This document shows positions 1-9,015 of a stretch of 64,000 bases of DNA, piece by piece. The stretch comes from an uncultured Chloroflexia bacterium (GTDB taxonomy: Bacteria; Chloroflexota; Limnocylindria; Limnocylindrales; CSP1-4), in contig CAWEYL010000001.1 of assembly GCA_963813335.1 (NCBI GenBank), positions 256,001 through 320,000 on the forward strand. Direction: 5' to 3'. The notes below the pieces were generated by a model. It did not search any database, was not told where the DNA came from, and was given only the letters and a program-made list of their open reading frames with translations. The number at the start of each line of letters is the position of its first letter. The first letter of the stretch is position 1. The translations under genes were made by a program, and so were the position numbers.

Positions 1-1
1 C

Positions 2-106
2 TCGCCGATCGCCAGCCGGAAGTGGCCGCCGCGCTACGCCGCGCGCCGGATCGCGTGGCACGCCCTCGACCACGCGTGGGAGATCGAGGACCGGACCGAG
101 CGCTAG
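2..106 (+). CDS. 3' end of a conserved hypothetical protein (DinB-like fold suspected), truncated by the window edge
   Basis: Frame 2 reads SPIASRKWPPRYAARRIAWHALDHAWEIEDRTER then TAG at 104-106; its stop overlaps the gluQ stop. Confidence 0.6.
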   Translation, partial: SPIASRKWPPRYAARRIAWHALDHAWEIEDRTER

Positions 107-1023
107 CCCGGGTCGGCCTCGGGTGCGGGAAAGAGCCCGGCGACCTCGGCCGCCGCGATCGGCCGGGCCACATCGATCAGCCCGATCGCGGCCGCCGCCT
201 CGCCGATCACCTCTGGCGCACGACGACCCGCGGCGCGGAGCTCGCGGATCCCGGTCGCGCCGTCGGCTTTCGATAGCTTCCGGCCATCCGGGCGGCGGAC
301 CAGCCCGTGGTGGGCAAAGGTCGCCGGGGCGTCGCCACCCAGCAGCGAATCGAGGCGGATCTGCGCCGGCGTCGCCTCGAGCAGGTCCCGGCCGCGGACG
401 ACCAGGTCGACGCCCTGCCACAGGTCGTCGACGACGACGGCGAACCCGTACGTCCAGTTCCCGTGGCGGTCGCGGATCGGGAGATCGCCGGCGGGCGTCA
501 CCTCGCCCTCGCACGGGCCGACGAGGGCGTCCATCCAGCGCTCCTTGCCGGCACCGAGGGCGACGCGCAGCACCGGGCCGTCCAGCCCGCGGGCCTGGCA
601 GCCGCCGGGACACCCGACACCGGACCACGGCTGCCCGTTCGCCACGGCCCAGGCGTCGAAGGTCGCGCGGGAGCAGTCGCAGCCGTAGACCAGGTCGGCG
701 GCCCGCAGCGTCTCGAGCGCCCCCTGGTACGGCGCGTCGTCGTCGGACTGGCGGATCGGCCCGGAGTCGGCCGTGAACCCGAGCCACGCCAGGTCCTCGA
801 GCAGCGCCGCGTCGAACGCCGGCCGGCAGCGCTGGCGGTCGTGGTCCTCGATCCGCAGGAGCACCCGCCCGCCCGCGGCGCGCGCCATCCCCCAGACGGC
901 GATGGCATTGGCGACGTGGCCGAGGTGTAGGAACCCGGTCGGCGCCGGCGCGAACCGGGTGGTCGGCCCGCTCGCGGTGAGCGAGCCCTGGTCGCGTTCA
1001 GTCGTCTGGGTGGCTCCCGTCGT
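103..1023 (-). CDS. gluQ: Glutamyl-Q tRNA(Asp) synthetase (GluRS catalytic-domain paralog); start uncertain
   Basis: TTRFAPAPTGFLHLGH (HIGH motif, upstream of the ORF-track Met at 888), LRIEDHD, VVRGRDL and KLSK; no anticodon-binding domain. The frame is open to 1062 with no ATG/GTG/TTG upstream of the HIGH motif. Confidence 0.8.
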   Translation of the reverse strand, partial: TTGATQTTERDQGSLTASGPTTRFAPAPTGFLHLGHVANAIAVWGMARAAGGRVLLRIEDHDRQRCRPAFDAALLEDLAWLGFTADSGPIRQSDDDAPYQGALETLRAADLVYGCDCSRATFDAWAVANGQPWSGVGCPGGCQARGLDGPVLRVALGAGKERWMDALVGPCEGEVTPAGDLPIRDRHGNWTYGFAVVVDDLWQGVDLVVRGRDLLEATPAQIRLDSLLGGDAPATFAHHGLVRRPDGRKLSKADGATGIRELRAAGRRAPEVIGEAAAAIGLIDVARPIAAAEVAGLFPAPEADPG

Positions 1024-1318
1024 GCGTCGCGCGGTCGCGCGCTTCGAGCGCCCGCGTGGCCGTCATGAGCCGACGATAGAGCGCGAGGAGATCAGCCTGC
1101 GGCAACGGCCCGGTGTTGGCCATGGACACTCGGAGTAGGACCTCGCGTTCGCGCTCGGCGTCGCGGATCTGGCGCACCCCGGCGGCGTCCTTCGCCCGAC
1201 CGGCCTGGCGGGCCAGCTCGGCCCGTTCGTTGAGCAGCCCCACGAGCTTGCGGTCGAGGGCGTCGATCTTCGTCCGGAGCCGCCGGACCTCGGGGCTCTC
1301 CGGGTGTCGCTCAGGCAT
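998..1318 (-). CDS. Chorismate mutase (AroQ class)
   Basis: LRTKIDALDRKLVGLLNERAELA...K...IRDAEREREVL; ATG at 1318 overlaps the end of the dehydroquinase gene. Confidence 0.9.
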   Translation of the reverse strand: MPERHPESPEVRRLRTKIDALDRKLVGLLNERAELARQAGRAKDAAGVRQIRDAEREREVLLRVSMANTGPLPQADLLALYRRLMTATRALEARDRATHDGSHPDD

Positions 1319-1760
1319 CTTCGACCCCCTCGCCGTCGGCCCAGCGGGCGATCGCCTCGAGGGCGAGGTGGTAGCCGCGGGCACCCTGGCCCACGATCGA
1401 CTCGAGCGCGATGTCGTGGAGGTAGTTGACCTGGCGGAAGGACTCGCGTTGTCCCGGGTCCGAGAGGTGGACCTCGATGAACGGCCGCTGGACGCCGAGG
1501 AGGGCGTCGCGCAGCGAGACGCTGGTGTGGGTCAGCCCACCGGCGTTGACGATCGCGACGTCGAAGTCGCGCTCGTGCAGCCGGTCGATCAACGCGCCCT
1601 CGTGGTTCGACTGGAAGAAGCCGACCTCCAGCCCCAGCTCGGCCGCGCGCGCTGCGATCCCGGCATGGATCTGCTCGAGCGTCTCGTAGCCGTAGATCTC
1701 GGGCTCGCGCGTGCCGACGAGGTTCAGGTTCGGCCCCTCGAGGACCAGGACGACGGTCAT
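1311..1760 (-). CDS. aroQ: Type II 3-dehydroquinate dehydratase
   Basis: GPNLNLVGTREPEIYG, QSNHEG, THTSVSLRDA, EVHLS motifs. Confidence 0.95.
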   Translation of the reverse strand: MTVVLVLEGPNLNLVGTREPEIYGYETLEQIHAGIAARAAELGLEVGFFQSNHEGALIDRLHERDFDVAIVNAGGLTHTSVSLRDALLGVQRPFIEVHLSDPGQRESFRQVNYLHDIALESIVGQGARGYHLALEAIARWADGEGVEDA

Positions 1761-3412
1761 GCGGGCACCTCGGTCGTCAGGAGGTCGCGCGCGGCCGCGG
1801 CGACCAGCTCGGGCGGGATGTCATCGCGCACGACGACGCCGTCGCCGGTCGGCAGGACCCAGCGCAGCCGGCCGCCGGCGTGCTTCTTGTCCGCCTCGAG
1901 ATGGTCGAGGACGGTCTCGAGCCGGAAGGGCAGGGGCCCGACGGCCAGGTGCAGCGCGTCTAGGAGACCGGTGATCCGGTGGGCTCGCTCGGGCGGCGTC
2001 ACCCCGGCCGTGATCCCGATCGCGCACGCCGCGCGGAGCCCGTAGGCGACCGCCTCGCCGTGGAGGAGGTCGCCATACCCGGCGGCCGCCTCGACCGCGT
2101 GGCCCAGCGAGTGCCCGAGGTTGAGCGAGATCCGTCCACCACTGGCATCACGCTCGCGCTCATCGGCGAGCACGACGGCCACCTTGGCCATCGCGGCCCG
2201 CTCAACGACCTCGGCGACCGCGCCGGACTCGACGGTCGCCTCGTCGCCGCGGGCGATCGCGTCGCCGTCGCGCTCGAGGATCTCGAACAGCCGCTCGTCG
2301 CCGAGCGCGGCCATCTTCACGGCCTCACCCAGGGCGGCCCGCCGCTGGCGATCGGGGAGCGTCCGCAGGAACGCCACGTCGATGATCACCGCGAGCGGCT
2401 GGTGGAACGCGCCCAGGAGGTTCTTGCCCTCGGGCAGGTCCACGCCCGTCTTGCCGCCGATCGAGGAGTCGATCTGGGCGACGAGGGTCGTGGGGACGTG
2501 GATGACCGGGATCCCGCGCAGGTACGTCGCGGCGAGGAACCCGGCGGCGTCACCGAGCGCGCCGCCGCCGATCGCCACGAGCGGCTCGCCGCGCTCGACG
2601 CGGAGCCGCGCGAGGCCGCTGGCCGCCGTCTCGACCACCGGGAGGCGTTTGGCGTCCTCGCCCTTTGGGAGCTGCACGCTGACGACCGGCCAGCCGTCGG
2701 TGGCGAGCCCTGCGGCGAGGGCCTCGCCGGCGGCCGCCCAGGCTCCCGGCTCGGACACCAGCACGGCCCGCCTCGCCGAGGCGCGCCGCAGCGCCTCGCC
2801 GACCGCCGCGCGGGCCATCCCCTCGCCGATCACGAACCGGCCGATGGGCGTCTCTGCCCGCAGCAGCGTGGTGACCCGGCCGATGCCGCCCGGGTCGAGC
2901 GCGCCGAGCTGCCGGTCCAGGTCGTCGATGACCGAGCCGACCTCGGCGATCCCCGGGCTGCGGAGGTCCGCCGCCGCGTAGAAGCGCTCGCGCCTGGCCG
3001 CGAGGTCGCGCAGCGTCCCGATCGGATCGCGGGCGGCGACCAGGGGACGGACATGCGGAGAGCGGCGGAGCCGCTGGGCGAGGACCTCGGGGCGGCCATC
3101 CAGCCAGACCGCGGTCCGACCGCGGTAGAGGGCCCAGCGGTTGCGCGGGTCGACGACGGCGCCGCCGCCCGTCGCGATCACCCGCCTGACCTCCGGAAGG
3201 CGGTCCGCCGCGCCGAGCGCGGCGATGGCGTCTCGCTCGAGCGACCGGAATGCGGCCTCGCCGTCCTCCGCGAAGATCGTCGGGATGTCGCGGCCGGTGG
3301 CCGCCTCGATCCGCTCGTCGAGGTCGATGAACTCGGCGCGGTGGCGGGCGGCCAGCCGCTTGCCGATGACGCTCTTGCCGCTCCCGGGCAGGCCGACCAG
3401 GACGAGGTCCAT
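1757..3412 (-). CDS. aroKB: Bifunctional shikimate kinase / 3-dehydroquinate synthase
   Basis: N-terminal GLPGSGKS P-loop and ATGGG; C-terminal GGGALGD, PTTLVAQIDSSIGGKTG and LNLGHSLGHAVE. Confidence 0.95.
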   Translation of the reverse strand: MDLVLVGLPGSGKSVIGKRLAARHRAEFIDLDERIEAATGRDIPTIFAEDGEAAFRSLERDAIAALGAADRLPEVRRVIATGGGAVVDPRNRWALYRGRTAVWLDGRPEVLAQRLRRSPHVRPLVAARDPIGTLRDLAARRERFYAAADLRSPGIAEVGSVIDDLDRQLGALDPGGIGRVTTLLRAETPIGRFVIGEGMARAAVGEALRRASARRAVLVSEPGAWAAAGEALAAGLATDGWPVVSVQLPKGEDAKRLPVVETAASGLARLRVERGEPLVAIGGGALGDAAGFLAATYLRGIPVIHVPTTLVAQIDSSIGGKTGVDLPEGKNLLGAFHQPLAVIIDVAFLRTLPDRQRRAALGEAVKMAALGDERLFEILERDGDAIARGDEATVESGAVAEVVERAAMAKVAVVLADERERDASGGRISLNLGHSLGHAVEAAAGYGDLLHGEAVAYGLRAACAIGITAGVTPPERAHRITGLLDALHLAVGPLPFRLETVLDHLEADKKHAGGRLRWVLPTGDGVVVRDDIPPELVAAAARDLLTTEVPA

Positions 3413-3417
3413 CGCGG

Positions 3418-4722
3418 TCAGTCGTCGCCGCCGGAGCCGGCCTCGTCGGTGCCGGTCAGGCCGTGCGCCGGGGCCGCCGCCGCACGCCGGCCGCCCGCGA
3501 CCGGGGCGTCCGGCGCCCGGCCGATCCGCTCGCGGTAGCGCGCCAGGTTGTCCGTGACCTCCGCCATCGAATCGCCGCCGGTCTTCTCGAGCACGAACGA
3601 CGCCAGCGTGAGCATCACCATGGCCTCGGCGACGACCCCGGCTGCCGGCACGACGCTGATGTCGCTCCGCTCGTAGTGGGCCTTGTCGACCGCCTCGCCC
3701 GTGACCAGGTCGGCCGAGGGGAGCGGCCGGGCCAGCGTGGAGATCGGCTTGACCGCGCCGCGGACGATGAGCGGCTCCCCGTTCGTGACCCCGCCGGTCA
3801 GCCCGCCGGCGTTGTTGGTGCGGTGGACCCAGCGCCCGTCGGCGTCCCGGCCCTCGATGACGTCGTGGACGGCCGACCCGAAGCGACGGGTCTGCTCGAA
3901 GCCGAGCCCGAACTCCACGCCCTTGACGATATTGATGCTCATCACGGCCGCGGCGAGCGCCGCATCGAGCCGCCGATCCCAGTGGACGTACGACCCGAGC
4001 CCGATCGGCAGCCCGTGGACCACGACCTCGAAGACGCCGCCGACCGTGTCGCCGGCGGCGCGAGCCTCGTCGATGCGGGCGATCATCGCGGTCTCGGCGT
4101 CGGGATCGGGGCAGCGCAGTGGCGAGTCGTCGGCCTCGTCGCGCTGCCGGGTGCAGTTGGCGGGGTCGACCGCCACGCCGCCGACCTCGGCGGTGAACGA
4201 CCAGGCCTCGATGCCGAGCTCGCGCAAGAACGCCCGGGCGATCCCGCCCGCCGCCACCCGCGCCGCCGTCTCGCGCGCGGACGCGCGCTCGAGCACGTCG
4301 CGCACGTCCGTGAACCCGTACTTGAGCGCGCCGGCCAGGTCGGCGTGACCGGGCCGGACGCGGGTCACCGGGGTCGCCCGTTTGTTCCCGTCCTCGGCCG
4401 CCGCGAGCAGCTCGTCGGCCTCCTCGTCGCTGAGCGGCCCGACCTGCATCACCCGCGTCCAGTTCTCCCAGTCGCGGTTGCGCACGAGCAGCAGGATCGG
4501 CGACCCGAGGGTCACGCCGTGGCGGACGCCGCCCAGGATCTCGGCGTGGTCCTGCTCGATGGACTGGCGCGCCCCACGGCCGTACCCGCGCTGCCGACGG
4601 GCGAGGTCCACGGCGAGCGCGTCCTCGGTGAGGGCCAGCCCCGCCGGGACGCCCTCGACCGTCGCGCCCAGGGCCGGTCCGTGCGATTCGCCCGCGGTCA
4701 GGAAGCGGAAGGCGGCCATCAT
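3418..4722 (-). CDS. aroC: Chorismate synthase
   Basis: TAGESHG, RPGHAD, ERASARETAARVAAG, KPISTL. Confidence 0.97.
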   Translation of the reverse strand: MMAAFRFLTAGESHGPALGATVEGVPAGLALTEDALAVDLARRQRGYGRGARQSIEQDHAEILGGVRHGVTLGSPILLLVRNRDWENWTRVMQVGPLSDEEADELLAAAEDGNKRATPVTRVRPGHADLAGALKYGFTDVRDVLERASARETAARVAAGGIARAFLRELGIEAWSFTAEVGGVAVDPANCTRQRDEADDSPLRCPDPDAETAMIARIDEARAAGDTVGGVFEVVVHGLPIGLGSYVHWDRRLDAALAAAVMSINIVKGVEFGLGFEQTRRFGSAVHDVIEGRDADGRWVHRTNNAGGLTGGVTNGEPLIVRGAVKPISTLARPLPSADLVTGEAVDKAHYERSDISVVPAAGVVAEAMVMLTLASFVLEKTGGDSMAEVTDNLARYRERIGRAPDAPVAGGRRAAAAPAHGLTGTDEAGSGGDD

Positions 4723-4756
4723 CGACTCCGCGGCGGTCGCGTCCGGACCCGGGCCG

Positions 4757-5668
4757 TCAGTCGGCCGCGGCGGAGGCGGTGGACGCCTCGGCCTCCGGCT
4801 CGCCCGCCGGTTCGCCCTCGGCCGAGCGGAGGCCGCCCGCGCGGGCCTCGGCCAGCTTCTCCTGCATCAGCTCGAGCGGGGCCTTCTGGCCGGTCCACAG
4901 CGTGAAGGCGGCGGCGCCCTGGTGGAGCAGCATCAGCTCGCCGTCGGCGACCTGGCTGCCCGCGGCCGCGGCGTCGCGGAGGAGCCGGGTCTTCGCGTAG
5001 ATCAGGTCGAGCACGAGCAACTCCGCGGGCAGGATCTCCGCCGGAAGCGGGCTCTCGTCGGCGGTCAGGCCGATCGAGGTGGCGTTGACCAGCACCTTCG
5101 CCTTCGCCAGTTCGGACTCGATGATCGATTCGTGCCACGGCATGGCCCGCAGCTCCATGTGCGCGGCGCTGCGACCGAAGTGCTTCACCAGCGCCTCCGC
5201 GCGATGGAGGTGCCGGTTGAAGACGATGATCCGCTGGAAGCCCTCGGTGATCAGGCCGTAGACCACCGCCCGGGCGCCACCGCCGGCGCCGAGCAGGACG
5301 GCCGTCCGCGGCATCTTCTGCTTGCCGACCAGGCGGTCCAGCGCGACCTTGAACCCGGGCACGTCGGTGTTGTGGCCGACGAGCCGCTTGCCCTCGCGGG
5401 TGATCGTGTTGACCGCACCCGTGGCGTGGGCCTCCTCGGTCAGGCGGTCGACCAGCGGGACCACCCGTTCCTTGTGCGGGATCGTGACGTTGGCGCCCAG
5501 GAAGTCGTCGCCGCGGAGTTCGGCGATGGCCTCGGCCAGGTCGATCGGGGCGCGATCCCACAGCTCGTACGTCGCGTCGATCCCGAGCGAATCGAAGGCG
5601 GCCTGCTGCATCGCCCCGGACAGCGAATGCGCCACGGGGTGGCCGATGAGAACGACGCGCTTCGTCAT
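4757..5668 (-). CDS. aroE: Shikimate dehydrogenase
   Basis: GHPVAHSLS, NVTIPHKE, GAVNT, NTDVPG, GAGGGAR. Confidence 0.95.
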   Translation of the reverse strand: MTKRVVLIGHPVAHSLSGAMQQAAFDSLGIDATYELWDRAPIDLAEAIAELRGDDFLGANVTIPHKERVVPLVDRLTEEAHATGAVNTITREGKRLVGHNTDVPGFKVALDRLVGKQKMPRTAVLLGAGGGARAVVYGLITEGFQRIIVFNRHLHRAEALVKHFGRSAAHMELRAMPWHESIIESELAKAKVLVNATSIGLTADESPLPAEILPAELLVLDLIYAKTRLLRDAAAAGSQVADGELMLLHQGAAAFTLWTGQKAPLELMQEKLAEARAGGLRSAEGEPAGEPEAEASTASAAAD

Positions 5669-7008
5669 GCCCGCACCCTTTCGAGGTCGTCGAAGAAGCC
5701 CGGATAGGAGATGGCCGCCGAGCCGGGTCGGTCGATCGTGGTGTCGCCGTCGGCGATGAGCCCGGCGATCGCGAAGGTCATCGCCAGGCGGTGGTCGTCG
5801 AGGCTGTCGGTCGGGGCTCCGCGCAGGCGGGCGCCGCCCTCGATCCGGAGATCGTCGCCGTCGACCTCCACCCGCGCACCGAGCGCGGTCAGGCCCGCGG
5901 CGATCCCCGCGATCCGGTCGGATTCCTTGTGGCGGAGCTCACCCGCGCCGCGGATGGTGGTCGTTCCCTCGGCGACGGCCGCCGCGAGGCAGAGGACCGG
6001 GATCTCGTCGATCGCCGCCGCCACGTCGGCCGGCCCGATGTCGGTCCCGTGGAGCGACGACGAACGCACGACCATGTCGCCCAGCGGCTCGCCCGTGCCG
6101 TCGTCGGTGCCGCCGGCCGCGTGCTCCGCGATGTCCGCGCCCATCCGGCGCAGGAGGTCGATGACGGCCCGCCGCGTCGGGTTCAGGCCGACATCGTGCA
6201 GGACCAGCTCGGCATCGGGGTGGATAGACCCGGCGACGAGCCAGAAGGCCGCCGCGGAGACGTCGCCCGGCACCCGCTCGTCGATCGCCTGCACCGCCAA
6301 CCCTCCTCGCACCGTCCAGCTCACGGGCCCGTCGGGGCCGCCCTCGCGTTCGACCGGCACGCCGCGTGCCCGGAGCATGCGCTCCGTGTGGTCGCGCGTC
6401 GCGATCGATTCGGTGATCCTCGTCCGTCCGTCCGCTCGAAGCCCCGCCAGCAGGACCGCCGACTTCACCTGCGCGCTGGGCACCGGGGTGGCGTAGTCGA
6501 TGGCCGCGAGCGGCGATCGACCGGTCACCGTCAGGGGAGGGAGGGAATCGTTCTGGCGGGCACTGAGCGCCGCCCCCATCTGACGCAGCGGTTCGATGAT
6601 ACGAGCCACCGGGCGCCCACGCAACGAATCGTCGCCGTCGAGCGTGCTCGTGAAGGGCAGCCCGGCGAGCACGCCACTGGTCAGCCGCAGGCTCGTGCCG
6701 GAGTTCCCGCAGTCCAGGGTCGCGACCGGCGCGCGGAGCCCGTCCGCGCCCGGCGAGAGCACCCGGTAGTCGACCGTCCGGCCGTCGTCGCGGACCCGCT
6801 CGACGGTCGCACCCAGCGCCGCCACGATCCCGGCGGTAGAGCGCACGTCGGCGCCATCGCCGGCGCGCTCGATCCGGCTTTCGCCGGCCGCGATGGCGGC
6901 CAGCAACAGCGCCCGATGGCTGATCGACTTGTCGCCGGGCAGGCTCAGGTCGCCACGCAGGCGCCGCGCCGGGCGGACCACCGCGAGATCGGAGCCGGGG
7001 GCGGTCAC
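5665..7008 (-). CDS. aroA: EPSP synthase (class II type)
   Basis: GDKSISHRA, DCGNSGT, SAQVKSA, RDHTE, RHKESDR, DDHRLAM; GTG start at 7008, just after the aroF stop. Confidence 0.95.
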   Translation of the reverse strand: MTAPGSDLAVVRPARRLRGDLSLPGDKSISHRALLLAAIAAGESRIERAGDGADVRSTAGIVAALGATVERVRDDGRTVDYRVLSPGADGLRAPVATLDCGNSGTSLRLTSGVLAGLPFTSTLDGDDSLRGRPVARIIEPLRQMGAALSARQNDSLPPLTVTGRSPLAAIDYATPVPSAQVKSAVLLAGLRADGRTRITESIATRDHTERMLRARGVPVEREGGPDGPVSWTVRGGLAVQAIDERVPGDVSAAAFWLVAGSIHPDAELVLHDVGLNPTRRAVIDLLRRMGADIAEHAAGGTDDGTGEPLGDMVVRSSSLHGTDIGPADVAAAIDEIPVLCLAAAVAEGTTTIRGAGELRHKESDRIAGIAAGLTALGARVEVDGDDLRIEGGARLRGAPTDSLDDHRLAMTFAIAGLIADGDTTIDRPGSAAISYPGFFDDLERVRA

Positions 7009-7013
7009 GGCGC

Positions 7014-8090
7014 TCAATGCTTCGCCAGCCCGGCGCCGTTCCCGACGGACCCGGCGGCGATGGGCTGGCGGCGGCGCGAGGCGACCATCTCGTGGACCGG
7101 GACGACCGCCGCCATCAGGTCGCGGAACTGGTCGAGGTCCAGCTGCTGCTCCGCGTCGGACAGCGCGTCGTCGGGCGTCGGGTGGACCTCGACCATGACC
7201 CCGTCGGCCCCGACCGCGACGCCGCTGATCGCCAGCGGCGTCACCAGCCAGCGCTTCCCTGTGGCGTGGCTCGGATCGACGATGACCGGCAGGTGGGTCA
7301 GGTGGTGGACCAGCGGGACCGCGGACAGGTCGAGGGTGTTGCGGGTGTAGGTCTCGAAGGTGCGGATCCCGCGCTCGCACAGGATGACGTTGGGATTGCC
7401 GGAGGAGACGATGTACTCGGCGGCCATCAGCCACTCCTCGACGGTCGCGCCGTAGCCGCGCTTGAGCATCACCGGCCGCGCGACCCGCCCGACGTCGCGG
7501 AGCAGCGAGTAGTTCTGCATGTTCCGGGTGCCGATCTGGAGGATGTCCGCGTACTCGGCCACGATGTCGACCTGCGAGGGCTCCATCACCTCGGTGATGA
7601 CCGGCAGCCCGGTCCGCTCGCGCGCCTCGGCGAGGTAGCGGAGGGCCTCCACGCCGAGGCCCTGGAAGGCGTACGGGCTGGTCCGTGGCTTGAAGGCGCC
7701 GCCGCGGAGGATGGTGGCGCCGGCCGCCTTGACCGCGTCGGCGGTCTCGAAGAGCTGGTCGCGGCTCTCCACCGAGCACGGCCCCGCCATCACCGTCAGC
7801 GAACCGTCGCCGACGACCGCGTCCAGGACCCGGATGACGGTGTCCTCGGGATGGAACTCGCGCGACGTCAGCTTGAAGGGGCGGCTGATCGGGGTGACCG
7901 CCTCGACCCCCGGCAGCGCGGCGAGACGGTCGAGCAGGACCGGCTTGCGCGCCCCGATCTCGCCGACGACCGCGATGACGACGCGGTCGACCCCGGCGTG
8001 GTCGTACGGGGTCAGGCCCTCGGCCAGGATCCGGCTCTTGACGCCCAGGATCTCGGCCTCGCTGGCACCGCTGGCCATCACGACGAACAT
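7014..8090 (-). CDS. aroF: DAHP synthase, class I-beta, with N-terminal regulatory (ACT/ferredoxin-like) domain
   Basis: [37 protein letters not shown]; ATG at 8090 preceded by GAGGAG. Confidence 0.95.
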   Translation of the reverse strand: MFVVMASGASEAEILGVKSRILAEGLTPYDHAGVDRVVIAVVGEIGARKPVLLDRLAALPGVEAVTPISRPFKLTSREFHPEDTVIRVLDAVVGDGSLTVMAGPCSVESRDQLFETADAVKAAGATILRGGAFKPRTSPYAFQGLGVEALRYLAEARERTGLPVITEVMEPSQVDIVAEYADILQIGTRNMQNYSLLRDVGRVARPVMLKRGYGATVEEWLMAAEYIVSSGNPNVILCERGIRTFETYTRNTLDLSAVPLVHHLTHLPVIVDPSHATGKRWLVTPLAISGVAVGADGVMVEVHPTPDDALSDAEQQLDLDQFRDLMAAVVPVHEMVASRRRQPIAAGSVGNGAGLAKH

Positions 8091-8123
8091 CGCGCTCAGA
8101 TCTCCTCGTCGGTCGGTCGGGCC

Positions 8124-8155
8124 AAACAAAAAAGCAGAGGCTTCACCTCTGCTTC
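8124..8155 (-). terminator. Intrinsic terminator of the aro leader (attenuator)
   Basis: The minus strand reads AAGCAGAGG-TGAAG-CCTCTGCTT followed by TTTTGTTT, ending about 35 nt before aroF. Confidence 0.85.
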
Positions 8156-8201
8156 GTTCGCCCGGCACGACCCGTGCCCCCGGTCTACTGACCGAGAACC
8201 A

Positions 8202-8237
8202 TCATGCCGGGCCTGGAAAGTAGAAGAAGTGGCTCAT
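8202..8237 (-). CDS. Phe/Tyr-rich leader peptide MSHFFYFPGPA
   Basis: ATG AGC CAC TTC TTC TAC TTT CCA GGC CCG GCA TGA lies between the promoter and the terminator upstream of aroF. Confidence 0.85.
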   Translation of the reverse strand: MSHFFYFPGPA

Positions 8238-8247
8238 GCGTAGGCGG

Positions 8248-8277
8248 AGTGTGGCCGAGCGTGCCGTCGCATGTCAA
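8248..8277 (-). promoter_or_regulatory. Sigma70-type promoter of the aro operon
   Basis: TTGACA-18 nt-CACACT, 10 nt before the leader ATG. Confidence 0.6.
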
Positions 8278-8346
8278 TGCGACTGTGCGGAAGAGCCTCG
8301 ACCGGTCTCGACAGCGCGATTCGGGATCCACTGACACAATCGCGCC

Positions 8347-8961
8347 ATGACCGGTCCGGCGAACCCTCGGGCGCTGCGCTGGAGCACGGCTGCAGGGGCG
8401 CTGCTCCTGCTGGTCGCCGCGTGCACGACCACGGTCCGGCCCAGCCCGTCGGCGCCCACCGCCACCGCCAGTGCCACCGCGAGCGCGCAGGCGTCACCCA
8501 CGACCGGGCCATCGTCGACCACGTCCCCGACGCCCGTCGCCTCGCCGTCGGCTGCGGCCGGCGCCGACTGCGGCCCCGGGGACCTCACGATGACCGGCGG
8601 CCCATGGGGTGGCGCCGCCGGCAGCCGCGGTGCCGACGTCACGGTCACCGCGGGCGCGACCGCCTGCCGGCTGCCGGCGCAGCCGGTCGTGGCGATCGCC
8701 GACTCGACCGGCAAGGACCTCATCCACAGCACGCTGCCGCTCACCAACGACGGACCCCTGCTCGAGGCTGGCGCGAGCCGCGTCTTCTCGTTCCGCGTCA
8801 GCAACTGGTGCGACCGCACCGCGCGGCTCCCGCTCCAGGCGGTCGGCCTCTTGGCGACCGGGGCGATCGAGATCGGCGGGCTCGTGATGACCGCCGACGT
8901 GCTCCCCCCGTGCAACGGTCCGGGCCAGCCGGCCCTCGTCGAGGCGACCGGCTGGCAGTAG
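8347..8961 (+). CDS. Secreted lipoprotein, DUF4232-like
   Basis: Lipobox LVAAC, Ser/Thr/Pro linker, and a Cys-containing domain (C...GAAGSRG...C...NWC...PPC). Confidence 0.6.
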   Translation: MTGPANPRALRWSTAAGALLLLVAACTTTVRPSPSAPTATASATASAQASPTTGPSSTTSPTPVASPSAAAGADCGPGDLTMTGGPWGGAAGSRGADVTVTAGATACRLPAQPVVAIADSTGKDLIHSTLPLTNDGPLLEAGASRVFSFRVSNWCDRTARLPLQAVGLLATGAIEIGGLVMTADVLPPCNGPGQPALVEATGWQ

Positions 8962-9015
8962 GGTCCGGGCCCGGAAGGGCCGGGTGGGACTGGCCCGATG
9001 GGGGGATAGCCCGGG

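Noticed and set aside
7009-7779. Long N-terminal extension of the aroA ORF
   Set aside because: It overlaps aroF in another frame; homology starts near GTG 7008.
8095-8240. T-box riboswitch upstream of aroF
   Set aside because: No T-box consensus (GGTGGNACCGCG) or stem I; the leader peptide explains the terminator.
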